Assembly (NCBI GenBank): GCA_964540995.1
Contig: CAZIOU010000001.1
Location: forward strand, 6,742-70,741
Source: an uncultured Gammaproteobacteria bacterium
Lineage (GTDB): Bacteria > Patescibacteriota > Patescibacteriia > UBA1558 > 2-01-FULL-52-15
DNA length: 64,000 bases
Direction of reading: 5' to 3'
Under the pieces are notes generated by a model. The model did not search any database and was not told where the DNA came from. It was given only the letters and a program-made list of their open reading frames with translations. This document shows, piece after piece, positions 9,033 through 18,456 of this stretch. Made by a program: the position numbers and the translations under genes. Positions within the stretch are counted from its first letter, which is position 1. Each line of letters starts with the position of its first letter.

Positions 9033-10616
9033 ATGGAAGCCACACCACGACCCAAACCATTGGTACTCATTATTTTGGATGGATGGGGGATTGCACCTCC
9101 GTCTCGTGCCAATGCTATCTCGCTAGCCAAGACACCCAACATGGATGCTTATATGAACAAGTATCCGACGATGTCACTGCAAGCCGGAGGAGAATCAGTC
9201 GGACTGGCGTGGGGTGAGATGGGTAATTCGGAAGTTGGTCACTTGAGTATTGGTTCTGGACGCATCCTGTACCAGAGTTTACCGCGTATTACCCGTGCTA
9301 TCTATGATCGTAGCTTTTTCACCAATCCAGCCTTCTCGGCTGCTTGTGAACAGGTCAAGAAGAATAAGAAGAAATTGCATCTGATAGGTTTGGTTAGTTC
9401 TGGTGGTGTGCATAGCTTCAACGAACATTTATATGCCTTGTTAGAATTAGCGGCCGAGCAGAAGATTGATCAAGTCTATATTCATGCCTTCCTTGATGGA
9501 CGCGATACTCCTTATAATAGCGGCAGTAATTTCATCGCCAAATTGAAAGATAAAATCAAACAAATCGGTGTCGGCAAGATCGCTACTTTGTCCGGACGTT
9601 TCTATGCTATGGATCGTGACAATCATTGGGAGCGTGTGGAGCAAGCTTATAAAGCGATGGTCAATGGTGAGTCAGCTATTCAAGCCGAGGATCCACTGGC
9701 AGCGATTGAAGCTTCTTATGCTAAGCAAATCTATGACGAGCAGTTAGAGCCGACGGTCATGACTGAGAAAGGTGTCCCCGTGGCCAAAATTGAAGCTGGC
9801 GATGCTATCATATGTTTTAATTTCCGCGCTGATCGGGTACGACAGATTACTAAGGCCTTTGTCCTGCCGGGATTTGATAAATTTCCTCGCACCTACATGC
9901 GGGACCTGGTCTATATCACCATGACCGAGTACGAGAAAGATTTGCCAGTGCAGGTAGCTTTCCCGCCGGAGAAGGTAGAGACGCCAGTAGCCAAAGTTGT
10001 CAGCGAAGCGGGCTTGAAGCAAATGCATATTGCCGAGACAGAGAAGTATGCTCACGTGACCTATTTCTTTAACGGCGGACAGGAGAAGACCTTCCCCGGA
10101 GAAGATCATGTCTTGATACCGTCGCTCAAGGTTTCTTCCTATGATCAGAAGCCGGCCATGAGTGCGCGGGAGATAACCAACCGAGTGATACAGGAGATTC
10201 GCGAAGTCAAATACGATTTCATTGTTATCAATTTTGCTAACCCTGACATGGTAGCGCATACCGGCAACTTACAAGCCACGATCGAAGCTTGTGAAATTAC
10301 TGATGATTGTATTGGTAAGATTACCGATGTCGTCTTATCGTATGATGGTGCCGTTATCGTTACGGCTGATCACGGTAATGCCGAAGGATTGTTTAATTTA
10401 CAAACCGGTGAGATCGATAAAGAGCATAGCAATACACCGGTGCCTTGTATCTTCATCGGTCGCCAATGGGAAGGTAAGAACGTGGCTGGCGGTGTGACTG
10501 GTACCGATCTTTCTAGTATGGTTTCTTCGGGGGTCTTATCAGATGTCGGCCCGACCGTCGTCAAAATATTAGGCCTCAAGAAGCCGACGGAGATGACGGG
10601 AGTCCCGCTAATATGA
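9033..10616 (+). CDS. gpmI: 2,3-BPG-independent phosphoglycerate mutase (copy 2)
   Basis: DGWG, GNSEVGH, LDGRD, AETEKYAHVTYFFNGG, TADHGNAE. Confidence 0.96.
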   Translation: MEATPRPKPLVLIILDGWGIAPPSRANAISLAKTPNMDAYMNKYPTMSLQAGGESVGLAWGEMGNSEVGHLSIGSGRILYQSLPRITRAIYDRSFFTNPAFSAACEQVKKNKKKLHLIGLVSSGGVHSFNEHLYALLELAAEQKIDQVYIHAFLDGRDTPYNSGSNFIAKLKDKIKQIGVGKIATLSGRFYAMDRDNHWERVEQAYKAMVNGESAIQAEDPLAAIEASYAKQIYDEQLEPTVMTEKGVPVAKIEAGDAIICFNFRADRVRQITKAFVLPGFDKFPRTYMRDLVYITMTEYEKDLPVQVAFPPEKVETPVAKVVSEAGLKQMHIAETEKYAHVTYFFNGGQEKTFPGEDHVLIPSLKVSSYDQKPAMSAREITNRVIQEIREVKYDFIVINFANPDMVAHTGNLQATIEACEITDDCIGKITDVVLSYDGAVIVTADHGNAEGLFNLQTGEIDKEHSNTPVPCIFIGRQWEGKNVAGGVTGTDLSSMVSSGVLSDVGPTVVKILGLKKPTEMTGVPLI

Positions 10617-10621
10617 TTAGC

Positions 10622-10738
10622 GAAGTTTCAATACCCAATATCCAATTTCCAAACAATATTCAAGTATCAATATTTAAACGTTGATTATTTTTTTAATTAA
10701 ATATTGTTTGGCACTTGTAGCTTGAATATTGATTATTT
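10622..10738. repeat. 7-nt-periodic (CAANNNN) inverted repeat
   Basis: caatacc caatatc caatttc caaacaatatt caagtat caatatt with a complementary downstream arm (aatattgtttgg ... ttgaatattg). Confidence 0.75.
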
Positions 10739-10747
10739 CCTCACACT

Positions 10748-11602
10748 ATGCCCGAATTACCTGAAGTAGAAACTATTCGCCGTGGTCTCCAGACGATCTG
10801 CCACAAGCGGATCGATACCGTCCAAGTCTTGGTGCCAAGTATTGTCAAACCCAAAGGTTTGGCTTCTTTACTTGTGGGTCATTCGGCCAGTTCGCTTGAG
10901 CGACGAGGTAAATTATTAATTGCGCATCTTTCCAATCATACTGTTCTGTTGATCCACCTCAAGATGACAGGACAATTGGTCTATCGTCCCGAGAAAGGTA
11001 AGTTGATCGTGGGAGGTCATCCGATCGATAACGTCACCGAAGTTCCTAATCGGTTCACCCATATCATCGTTCATTTCGTCGATGGTTCTTCTTTGTATTT
11101 CAATGACGTGCGGCGGTTTGGCTATTGGCGTTTGATACAGCCAGAAGATTTACCGACCATTATTGCCGATTATGGACCGGAGCCGTTAGAACGATCGCTG
11201 ACCAATACCTTGTGGCTGGATTTACTCCGTCATCGGGAGAAATGGCTAATCAAGAAATTCCTACTCGATCAGACGGTGATCGCTGGCATTGGTAATATTT
11301 ACGCTGATGAAGCTTGTTTCCTGACGGGCATCAGGCCGGACAGGACGATCAAGAGCTTGAAGCCGAAGGAACGGTTAGCCTTATTAGCTAGTATTCGCCT
11401 AGTTCTGCGTAAGTCGATCAAGCACGGTGGTACCAGCTTCAATAATTACGTTCAAGTGCAGGGCGTCCCAGGAAATTTCAGTAAATTGCTCATGGTGTAT
11501 GGTCGCAAGGGAGAGTTGTGTAGAAAATGCCAAAAAGAACGAATCACGAAGATTCGTCTTGTTGGTCGGGGGACACATTTTTGTCCGGGATGTCAGAAGT
11601 AG
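10748..11602 (+). CDS. mutM: Formamidopyrimidine-DNA glycosylase
   Basis: MPELPEVET, HLKMTG, GIGNIYADE, C-terminal CxxC...CxxC zinc finger. Confidence 0.97.
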   Translation: MPELPEVETIRRGLQTICHKRIDTVQVLVPSIVKPKGLASLLVGHSASSLERRGKLLIAHLSNHTVLLIHLKMTGQLVYRPEKGKLIVGGHPIDNVTEVPNRFTHIIVHFVDGSSLYFNDVRRFGYWRLIQPEDLPTIIADYGPEPLERSLTNTLWLDLLRHREKWLIKKFLLDQTVIAGIGNIYADEACFLTGIRPDRTIKSLKPKERLALLASIRLVLRKSIKHGGTSFNNYVQVQGVPGNFSKLLMVYGRKGELCRKCQKERITKIRLVGRGTHFCPGCQK

Positions 11603-11611
11603 GGAAGGGGA

Positions 11612-11681
11612 GCTATCCGCGATCCGGACTCCGAGTTCCGGATACCGATTTCCGAGCACCAAGTGACGAGCTCCGAGTACC
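11612..11681. repeat. GC-rich heptamer-periodic interspersed repeat
   Basis: gctatcc gcgatcc ggactcc gagttcc ggatacc gatttcc gagcacc aagtgac gagctcc gagtacc; related copies elsewhere in the window. Confidence 0.85.
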
Positions 11682-11683
11682 GG

Positions 11684-12115
11684 CTATATCCACGGCAAGA
11701 AATACACCACTGAATAGGTCAACGCTATCCCAGCAACGGTCCCTACAATCACCTGCGCCGGTGTATGACCCAAACGCTCTGTCAGCACCGGATATTTATA
11801 TTCTTCAGCGTCTGGTAACTCTTTGACTAAGCGGTTAATCATGCGAGCGTGCACTCCGAGCTGACGGCGGAAACCACTGGCGTCACGGATGATCACGATG
11901 AAGAGGACAAAAGCTACGGCCAGCGCAGCATCACCTAATCCTTGATCAAGGTAGAGGAGTGTGACTAATGAAGAGGCCAAGGCAGAATGAGCCGAAGGCA
12001 TGCCACCGTATTCATTCAAATGTTCCCAAGAGAAATTACCACGGAAGAACTCCAGCAGCAGTTTGGCTAGCTGGACGACGACCATGATCCCGAAAGGTAA
12101 TAGTAATAGACGCAT
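11684..12115 (-). CDS. Divergent PAP2 family (DUF212) protein
   Basis: GGMPSAHSA, DASGFRRQLG, ERLGHT. Confidence 0.92.
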   Translation of the reverse strand: MRLLLLPFGIMVVVQLAKLLLEFFRGNFSWEHLNEYGGMPSAHSALASSLVTLLYLDQGLGDAALAVAFVLFIVIIRDASGFRRQLGVHARMINRLVKELPDAEEYKYPVLTERLGHTPAQVIVGTVAGIALTYSVVYFLPWI

Positions 12116-12165
12116 AGGTTAAGGTTAGGTATAATTGGTAAGCCTGTTAATTATAACATATTTAC

Positions 12166-12921
12166 ATGAATTCATTTTTTCAATATGCGATTCTAGGCAT
12201 AGTTCAGGGTATAACTGAATGGTTGCCTATATCGAGTGATGGACATCTGGTCTTGGCCCATGCTTGGCTGGGAGTGCCGACCAATCTGGCTTTCGACGTT
12301 TTCTTGCATCTGGGAAGTCTAATTGTTATTTTGATTTATTTCCGTACTGATATTGTGCGTCTGATACGAGCTTTGGGTCGGCCGAGTGAAGTGGCTGATC
12401 GCAATCTCATCGGACGTATTATCGTGGCTACCTTTTTCACCGTTGCGATCGCACTCCTGATCAATCCTTATATGGAGCAACTGCAGACGGTACGCGTAGC
12501 AGCTATATTCTTTATCGTTACCGGTATATTCGTCGGTATGCACAAATTTATCCGCGCTAAGGCTAGCTCCCTGACCTGGGGCAAAACTATTTTCCTCGGT
12601 CTGGCGCAAGGACTGGCGGTATTACCTGGGTTGTCACGGAGCGGCTCCATGCTGGGCTGGGGACTGGCCTTGGGTCTGAAGAAAGAAGAAGCCTTTCGTT
12701 TTACTTTCCTAGCAGCTATCCCGGCTATTGCGGGCGCTTTTTTATTTGAGATACGTCACTTACAAATTCAACCTATTTATTGGGTAGGATTTATTGTCAC
12801 GATTATCGTTGGTTATCTATCGTTGATGGCTCTGGAATTGGTGTTGAAACGTGATCGCCTGTGGATATTCTCCTTGTACACAATAATTTTGGGCGTTGTG
12901 TTGCTATGCTTCGCGCGATAA
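12166..12921 (+). CDS. uppP: Undecaprenyl-diphosphate phosphatase
   Basis: QGITEWLPISSDGH, PGLSRSG. Confidence 0.95.
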   Translation: MNSFFQYAILGIVQGITEWLPISSDGHLVLAHAWLGVPTNLAFDVFLHLGSLIVILIYFRTDIVRLIRALGRPSEVADRNLIGRIIVATFFTVAIALLINPYMEQLQTVRVAAIFFIVTGIFVGMHKFIRAKASSLTWGKTIFLGLAQGLAVLPGLSRSGSMLGWGLALGLKKEEAFRFTFLAAIPAIAGAFLFEIRHLQIQPIYWVGFIVTIIVGYLSLMALELVLKRDRLWIFSLYTIILGVVLLCFAR

Positions 12922-13913
12922 AAACATTGGCGATCGTCATATTGCTTCTGCTGATAGCAGGAGTGATTTGGTTTGGTTGGGAGTTAGTACGTCCGGCCGC
13001 TTCACCAGCACGAGATATTGGCTTCACGGTCGAGTCAGGTCAGGGAGTGAATCTCATTAGTGCCAATTTACGACGAGCAGGACTTATTCACAGTTCATTC
13101 GTTTTTGAGACCTATATCTGGGCTATCAAGTCGGAGAACAAAGTGATTGCTGGCCGCTATAAGCTATCGAGTGGTATGAATATTCCGCAAGTCACTGCTG
13201 CTCTGATCCGTGGTAGTGTGGCGCAGAATGACAAAGTAACTTTTATCGAAGGTTGGAATCGTAATGATAATGCTGATTATCTGCAGCGTCAGGGTTTCAG
13301 TAGTAAAGAGTATTTGCAACTGACCGCTTCGTCTGTCACCTGGCGCGATGATTATCCCTTGACGCAGGCGATCCCCGATAATGGTAGCTTGGAAGGATTT
13401 CTTTTCCCTGATACCTACGCAGTGACACAAGACACCAAGGTTACCAGTATTATTGATAAACAGTTACAAAATTTTGAATCCAAGCTGACGCCGACGATGA
13501 TCGAGGATATCAGGCATTCTGGTCACACGTTATTCCAAATAGTTACCATGGCTTCAATTTTGGAAAAGGAAGTACCCCAACACGCTGATAAGAAGATGAT
13601 CGCCGATATATTTTGGAAACGGATCAAAGCCAACATTGGTTTGCAGTCTGATGCCACGATTAATTTCATCACCGGTAAGGGCACCACACGTCCCAGCTTA
13701 AATGATCTCAAGATTGATTCACCGTATAATACCTATAAATACAAAGGATTGACCCCTGGGCCTATTAGTAATCCCGGTATTGAAAGTATCCAAGCGGCGC
13801 TATATCCCACAGCCAATCCTTACTACTACTTCCTGACTGATCCGGAGGGAGGAGTGCATTATGCCAAGGATTTGGAAGGGCATAAGCAGAATCGGGCGAA
13901 GTATCTTGAATAA
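12906..13913 (+). CDS. mltG: Endolytic transglycosylase MltG
   Basis: LEGFLFPDTY, ASILEKE, LQSDAT, SPYNTYKYKGLTPGPISNPG; start moved to ATG 12906. Confidence 0.95.
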   Translation: MLRAIKTLAIVILLLLIAGVIWFGWELVRPAASPARDIGFTVESGQGVNLISANLRRAGLIHSSFVFETYIWAIKSENKVIAGRYKLSSGMNIPQVTAALIRGSVAQNDKVTFIEGWNRNDNADYLQRQGFSSKEYLQLTASSVTWRDDYPLTQAIPDNGSLEGFLFPDTYAVTQDTKVTSIIDKQLQNFESKLTPTMIEDIRHSGHTLFQIVTMASILEKEVPQHADKKMIADIFWKRIKANIGLQSDATINFITGKGTTRPSLNDLKIDSPYNTYKYKGLTPGPISNPGIESIQAALYPTANPYYYFLTDPEGGVHYAKDLEGHKQNRAKYLE

Positions 13914-13914
13914 G

Positions 13915-14080
13915 GGTGCTCGGGGCTCGCCTGCCCGACTCGACGCGTCTTCGCGGTCGGGCGGGCGACTCGGTACTCTCGGCCAGAGGCCGATCGGCCT
14001 CTGGCCGAGTTATTAGGGAAGAGGAGAGAGAGCGGGATCCGGAGTCCGGAACCCGGATAGCGGGTAGCGTCCGATTGAGT
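13915..14080. repeat. GC-rich heptamer repeat with nested palindromes
   Basis: Core gcctgcccgactcgacgcgtcttcgcggtcgggcgggc recurs inverted at ~23390-23430. Confidence 0.85.
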
Positions 14081-14109
14081 GTTTCTGCGCGAGGCGGGGT
14101 CAAAAAATT

Positions 14110-14171
14110 AAAAAAAAGAAAGCGACCATCACGCTTCTTGTCCGCCTTTGGCGGAAGCGTGATGGCCGCTT
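14110..14171 (-). terminator. Intrinsic terminator of the FHA gene
   Basis: aagcgaccatcacgcttc/gaagcgtgatggccgctt stem preceded on + by an A-tract. Confidence 0.75.
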
Positions 14172-14179
14172 GATATTTG

Positions 14180-14488
14180 TCAGGTCTGCACCTGCAACCA
14201 CAGTGTGTACGGCCCCATCTGGACGATGTCATTGGAATAGACGAAGCGGTGCTGGACTCGTTCATCGTTGACGATAACTTCCTCATCACCATTATCTGTG
14301 ACGATGGTGCAGAAACCACTTAGGCCGAAGCGAAACCTGGCTCTTTGGTGAGGAGTTAACTGCTCCAAGTAGATATCGGCCTGAGGAGCTGCACCTACAG
14401 TAACTGTGTCTTGAAGGAAGGTGTAGTCATTGAGCGGAACACCATCAAGCGATATACGAACAGTTAATTTCCTGATATCGTCAGTCAT
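14180..14488 (-). CDS. Stand-alone FHA-like domain protein
   Basis: TVTVGAAPQADIYL ... VIVNDERV ... DIVQMGPYTL; AAGGAGG SD; own TTGACT-17-TATAGT promoter (14565-14537). Confidence 0.75.
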   Translation of the reverse strand: MTDDIRKLTVRISLDGVPLNDYTFLQDTVTVGAAPQADIYLEQLTPHQRARFRFGLSGFCTIVTDNGDEEVIVNDERVQHRFVYSNDIVQMGPYTLWLQVQT

Positions 14489-14610
14489 GTGGCCTCCTTG
14501 GTAAGGTACGATCTGATTGATTCAGACTAGTATAACACTATAATTCTAGTAATTGTCTAAGTCAAGATCGTGATTTGAGCTTCAATTTGATGGGTGCTAT
14601 AATTGCCACT

Positions 14611-15033
14611 ATGATTGAGTTTAAGAAATATCAGGCACAGTCAGCTGATGGCAGTTCAATGACAGTTACTATTGCCAGTGGCCCAGTAATTATCGAGGAT
14701 GGCAAAGTACTACTCGATCAGCATGGTGACCCTGATATGTGGAAATTTCCAGGCGGCCGGATTCGTGATGATGAGTCGTTGCAACAGACAGCAATGCGTG
14801 AAGTCAAAGAAGAGCTGGGAATTGCTATTGAGATCATATCGGAACCATTTGTTATCACTATCCAGAAAGACCAAGAAACTATTATCTTAGCTCATTATTT
14901 GGCTAAACGCGTGGGAGATATTGTGCCCGGGCGAGATGTGGTTACATGGGCTTGGCATGATGTCGATAATTTGCCAGCTAATTGCGCTCCCAATATCCTG
15001 CCGGTGGTTACTCACTTTAGTAACGAAAAATAA
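14611..15033 (+). CDS. NUDIX hydrolase
   Basis: Nudix box GGRIRDDESLQQTAMREVKEELG. Confidence 0.92.
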   Translation: MIEFKKYQAQSADGSSMTVTIASGPVIIEDGKVLLDQHGDPDMWKFPGGRIRDDESLQQTAMREVKEELGIAIEIISEPFVITIQKDQETIILAHYLAKRVGDIVPGRDVVTWAWHDVDNLPANCAPNILPVVTHFSNEK

Positions 15034-15074
15034 AAAAAGGACCCCGCTATCGAGCATAGCTCAATAGCGGGGTT
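15034..15074 (-). terminator. Intrinsic terminator (minus strand, possibly bidirectional)
   Basis: accccgctat/atagcggggt stem preceded by an A-tract. Confidence 0.75.
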
Positions 15075-15781
15075 ATTATGGACAAACGTATTCCGAAGTC
15101 CGCATTCGGCATTTTCTACGGATGCCGCAAACCGTTGGGCATCGATGCCTTGAGATGTCTCACCGCCCTCGCGATGGCAGTGATTGTCATCTAGGGCAAG
15201 GCTTCGACCGCTCCAAAGGACAACATGCGTTACGGCGGGTGCTGCGAGATCATGGTGTGATCTCCTCCTTCAGCATCATCGTCCGAGTTAGTGCAAATGG
15301 GCCATGGGTGGCACGATTTTGCTCTATCCTGTTGTCATTCGCCCGGGATTTTAGGGAGTCCGGTTCTCCTATGTAGAATTTTTCAAAAGTGCGTAACCTC
15401 TGTCTTCCTTAGACCCTCGAGGTTGAGAAGGGTCGATTACTTTTTTGGCGGTCTTCATATGAAGCTAGAAGACCTTCATGAATCGCACCTCCCTTCGTTT
15501 GTTTCGGTTATGCAAGCCGTTGAGGCTTGCGGTGAGCTTTTCTCTCTTCCATGTGCTCATGCCCAGAGAGTGGAGGCATCGCGCTCCTCTACGCGCGGAT
15601 TTCGTCGGACACTCGAGACCTCCTTTCGGTGGATACCGTTGAGGCTAAATATCAGTCGTCAGTGTGCTAGCAGTAAGCTTTAGTGGCATGGACTCCTGTC
15701 TGAGCCGTGTCGGCTGGTCGGAAAAAGTCTGCACTACTATCGCTTTCTGCTACATGCTTCTAGCTATTCGCCTGAAGCAAT
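15075..15781 (-). ncRNA. Candidate structured ncRNA or micro-ORF transcript
   Basis: Lies between a minus-strand promoter and terminator, has no minus-strand ORF >=60 aa, and contains several hairpins and SD-start-stop micro-ORFs. Confidence 0.5.
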
Positions 15782-15787
15782 ATCGGC

Positions 15788-15816
15788 ACCATATCAGATA
15801 TCCTATTTCTTGTCAA
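15788..15816 (-). promoter_or_regulatory. Sigma70-type promoter
   Basis: TTGACA-17 nt-TATGGT on the minus strand. Confidence 0.7.
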
Positions 15817-15866
15817 GGCTTAGATGACTATTATTGTCAATATTTGGCTAAAGTTAGCCCCTGTAT

Positions 15867-15940
15867 GTCATTGCGAGTCTGTCTCAGACGAAGCAATCTG
15901 TTAATAATGACGGATTGCTTCATCGGATAGCTTCTCGCAA
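15867..15940. repeat. GTCATTGCGAG...GAAGCAATC/GATTGCTTC...CTCGCAA palindromic element (RPE/REP-like)
   Basis: Matches the widespread miniature palindrome pattern, recalled from memory. Confidence 0.7.
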
Positions 15941-16019
15941 GCGAGTCTCCTACCCTTCGGGGTGGTGCTGTTGACTATTAACAACATTGTGGTATACTCC
16001 TGATACAAATTGAATATTT

Positions 16020-16122
16020 GCCACAGACAGTGGGTGTCGAGCTCAGCTCGACTCAATATCCTACCGAGGCCAAATCCAGTGATTTCATTGGAAACCTTGC
16101 ATGTCTGCGGCTAAACCGCAGA
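16020..16122 (+). promoter_or_regulatory. L10 leader (rplJ-rplL autoregulatory RNA)
   Basis: gccacagacagtggg...aatatcctaccgagg...tgtctgcggc stem with an alternative tctgcgg/ccgcaga hairpin; promoter TTGACT..TATACT at 15971-15998. Confidence 0.8.
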
Positions 16123-16197
16123 TTTATCGTTATCTGGGGATTGCTACAGAATACTGACTTCCCTAATAACTAATAACCAATAACTAACAATATTCGC

Positions 16198-16719
16198 ATG
16201 CCAAAAAGTAGATCCCAAAAACAAGAAGATTTACAGCTGATCCAGAGTAAGATTGCTGCCAGCCAAGGAGTGGTTTTTACTTCGGACGAAGGTTTGACTG
16301 TCAAAGAAAGCGAAGATTTGCGTAAGAAGTTACGTAGCGAGCAGGCTGGTTATCAAGGTGTCAAGAAGACCTTATTGATGAAAGCTCTGTCCGAAGCTAA
16401 GATCGACGCTGTATTAGAAACCAAAGGTACTGTGGCTGTAGCTTACTCCGAGAATGATGCTGTAGCACCGGCCCGTTTGGTCCGTGCCGCTTCCAAATCC
16501 AACGAAAAGTTAGTTATCCTCGGCGGTATCCTCGAAGGAAGCTTTATTTCCAAAGAAAAAGTTATTGCCTTAGCTGCTCTGCCAAGTCGTCTGGAACTTC
16601 TGGCCAAGACTGTCGGTACCTTGCAAGCGCCGATTTCCGGCTTCGTCAATGTATTGGCTGGTAATGTCCGAGGTTTGGTCAACGTGCTGAACGCAGTCAA
16701 AGACAAAAAGACAGCCTAA
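16198..16719 (+). CDS. rplJ: 50S ribosomal protein L10
   Basis: LRKKLR...VKKTLL, LAALPSRLELLA. Confidence 0.96.
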   Translation: MPKSRSQKQEDLQLIQSKIAASQGVVFTSDEGLTVKESEDLRKKLRSEQAGYQGVKKTLLMKALSEAKIDAVLETKGTVAVAYSENDAVAPARLVRAASKSNEKLVILGGILEGSFISKEKVIALAALPSRLELLAKTVGTLQAPISGFVNVLAGNVRGLVNVLNAVKDKKTA

Positions 16720-16720
16720 G

Positions 16721-16784
16721 TCAATTAGTCATTGAATCAATTAATCTATTAGTCAATTAATCAATTAGCCAATTAATCTATTAA
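16721..16784. repeat. 8-nt tandem repeat (TCAATTAR-like)
   Basis: tcaattag tcattgaa tcaattaa tctattag tcaattaa tcaattag ccaattaa tctattaa. Confidence 0.85.
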
Positions 16785-16788
16785 TATT

Positions 16789-17193
16789 ATGTCCGAAGAA
16801 AAAGTCATTGAAGTCCCGGCTAAGTTTCAATCCATCGTTAGCGAGATTGAAAAGATGTCGGTCCTAGACCTTTCTGAATTAGTGAAAGTTCTAGAAGAGA
16901 AGTTTGGTGTTTCAGCTGCTGCTCCTATGATGATGGGTGCTATGCCAGCTGCTGGTGGTGCTGCCGAAGCTGTTGAAGAGAAATCTTCATTCACGATCGA
17001 GTTAACCGCCGCTGGTGACAACAAGATCGGTGTCATCAAAGCCGTCCGTGAAGCTACTCAACTTGGTTTGAAGGAAGCTAAGGATTTGGTTGATGGTGCT
17101 CCTAAGGTTATCAAGGAAGGTGTCGCTAAGGCTGATGCCGAAGCCATGAAAAAGACTTTGGAAGCTGCCGGTGCTACCGTTACCCTCAAATAA
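16789..17193 (+). CDS. rplL: 50S ribosomal protein L7/L12
   Basis: [30 protein letters not shown]. Confidence 0.98.
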   Translation: MSEEKVIEVPAKFQSIVSEIEKMSVLDLSELVKVLEEKFGVSAAAPMMMGAMPAAGGAAEAVEEKSSFTIELTAAGDNKIGVIKAVREATQLGLKEAKDLVDGAPKVIKEGVAKADAEAMKKTLEAAGATVTLK

Positions 17194-17212
17194 GGTTCTA
17201 GTTCAATTAATC

Positions 17213-17250
17213 AAAATACTCTGCCAGTAATGGTGGAGTATTTTTTTGTT
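17213..17250 (+). terminator. rplJL terminator
   Basis: aaaatactctgcca/tggtggagtatttt followed by a T-tract. Confidence 0.8.
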
Positions 17251-17357
17251 TGTAGTAAATAGAGAGGCTTTTTCTAGACAGTTGACAGTTATATAGAAAT
17301 ATAGTATAAGAAAAAAGCTTTTTGTACCTAGGTCGTTCCCGAACGAGGAGGTTTGGC

Positions 17358-17699
17358 ATGCACTTTCAGATTTTTTGTATCATGGTAAGTGGGGCGGCAC
17401 TCGATGATAGCGTTCGGAGCTTTCTGTTCTGGCAGGGGCGGAAATTGCTTTTGAGCGGAGATCGTCGACTTACTTTCAAGCATCCCAAATGTGAAGGCGA
17501 GATTCGTTCGGATTACACCCCCGCTTGCATGGGAGCAGTCAGTGGTTTGGTTCTACAGGCAAGTGTCGACTGTGCTAACGGTGTCTCCACTAAGGTGGAA
17601 TACCTCATCAGGGAGCGCGACATCGAAGATCTGGATGAAAGTCGGGGAGGTTACTGGCTTTCATTGAATCAGCAACCTGACAATCCGGAATTTAACTAG
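17358..17699 (+). CDS. Hypothetical protein (stand-alone cassette)
   Basis: TTGACA-17-TATAAG at 17282-17310, GAGGAGG SD before ATG 17358, terminator at 17710-17750. Confidence 0.7.
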   Translation: MHFQIFCIMVSGAALDDSVRSFLFWQGRKLLLSGDRRLTFKHPKCEGEIRSDYTPACMGAVSGLVLQASVDCANGVSTKVEYLIRERDIEDLDESRGGYWLSLNQQPDNPEFN

Positions 17700-17891
17700 T
17701 TGAGCATTGAGCCCTCGAAACATAGTTTCGGGGGCTTTCATTATTTTTTGTTATTGACATTTATCGCCCATCATGATTTAATACTTTTCTCGTTCTTTGG
17801 AACTTGATGACCCATTCATCATACAGTTTGAGCGATCTAACCGATCGCACCTGGCCACGAGGTTCGTGGTAACTTTTGCTACAGGGCGGAT

Positions 17892-18047
17892 ATGTCAGCA
17901 TTCAAGGAAGGACACGAAGCAGTAACCCTGATCTACAGTGGTGGTCTGCCTCACGAAGAGGAGTTCGCCACAGTAACCGTTCCTGCGAATCACCACTCGC
18001 AGGAAAACCCTCAACCCGAATTGACGGAGGGACAGGACGTTGACTGA
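17892..18047 (+). CDS. Small acidic ORF (51 aa)
   Basis: Manual translation MSAFKEGHEAVTL...GQDVD; stop overlaps the next start; promoter at 17754-17782. Confidence 0.4.
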   Translation: MSAFKEGHEAVTLIYSGGLPHEEEFATVTVPANHHSQENPQPELTEGQDVD

Positions 18048-18390
18048 AGCCGCTTGGCAGAAATTGCTCAAGGACATCACACCTGCGTGGTCTGTCAATG
18101 ACGCGCCTGCACATCAAGTCAACCTCGAAGCCGCCTTCTCTGCGTTGACGCGTCGCGAACAGCAGGTCGTTCTGCACTGGTATCTCCACTTTTCCATGAG
18201 TGGGCAGCGGGACGATCGTCAGATCAACAAGGCAATTGTGCCGCTTCTTCTGACGCCCATGGATCATCGTGATCCGATCGTGATCAATGAACGTCAGGTC
18301 CACGCTTACCGCATGAAGGCGCTGGCCAAGCTCAAACGGCCGGATGTCCAGCGCGTCTTGCGTCGGCAGCCCGACACAGTCGCGGCCTGA
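18040..18390 (+). CDS. Stand-alone sigma70 region-4-like HTH protein
   Basis: FSALTRREQQVV ... ERQVHAYRMKALAKLKRP; GGAGG SD; terminator at 18402-18439. Confidence 0.65.
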   Translation: MTEAAWQKLLKDITPAWSVNDAPAHQVNLEAAFSALTRREQQVVLHWYLHFSMSGQRDDRQINKAIVPLLLTPMDHRDPIVINERQVHAYRMKALAKLKRPDVQRVLRRQPDTVAA

Positions 18391-18456
18391 CAAGGTTTCA
18401 CCTCCTCGGTATCTACGGGTACCGGGGAGTTTTATTTTTGTGTTACAATTAACTAT

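Noticed and set aside
13765-14319. ORFs running through GC-rich repeats (also 11427-11826, 18906-19088, 23316-23537)
   Set aside because: These open frames arise from stop-poor heptamer repeats and overlap real genes.
15122-15930. Plus-strand ORFs 15122-15376, 15291-15683 and 15664-15930 as genes
   Set aside because: They have no SD or promoter and non-protein-like composition. All expression signals in the region point to the minus strand.
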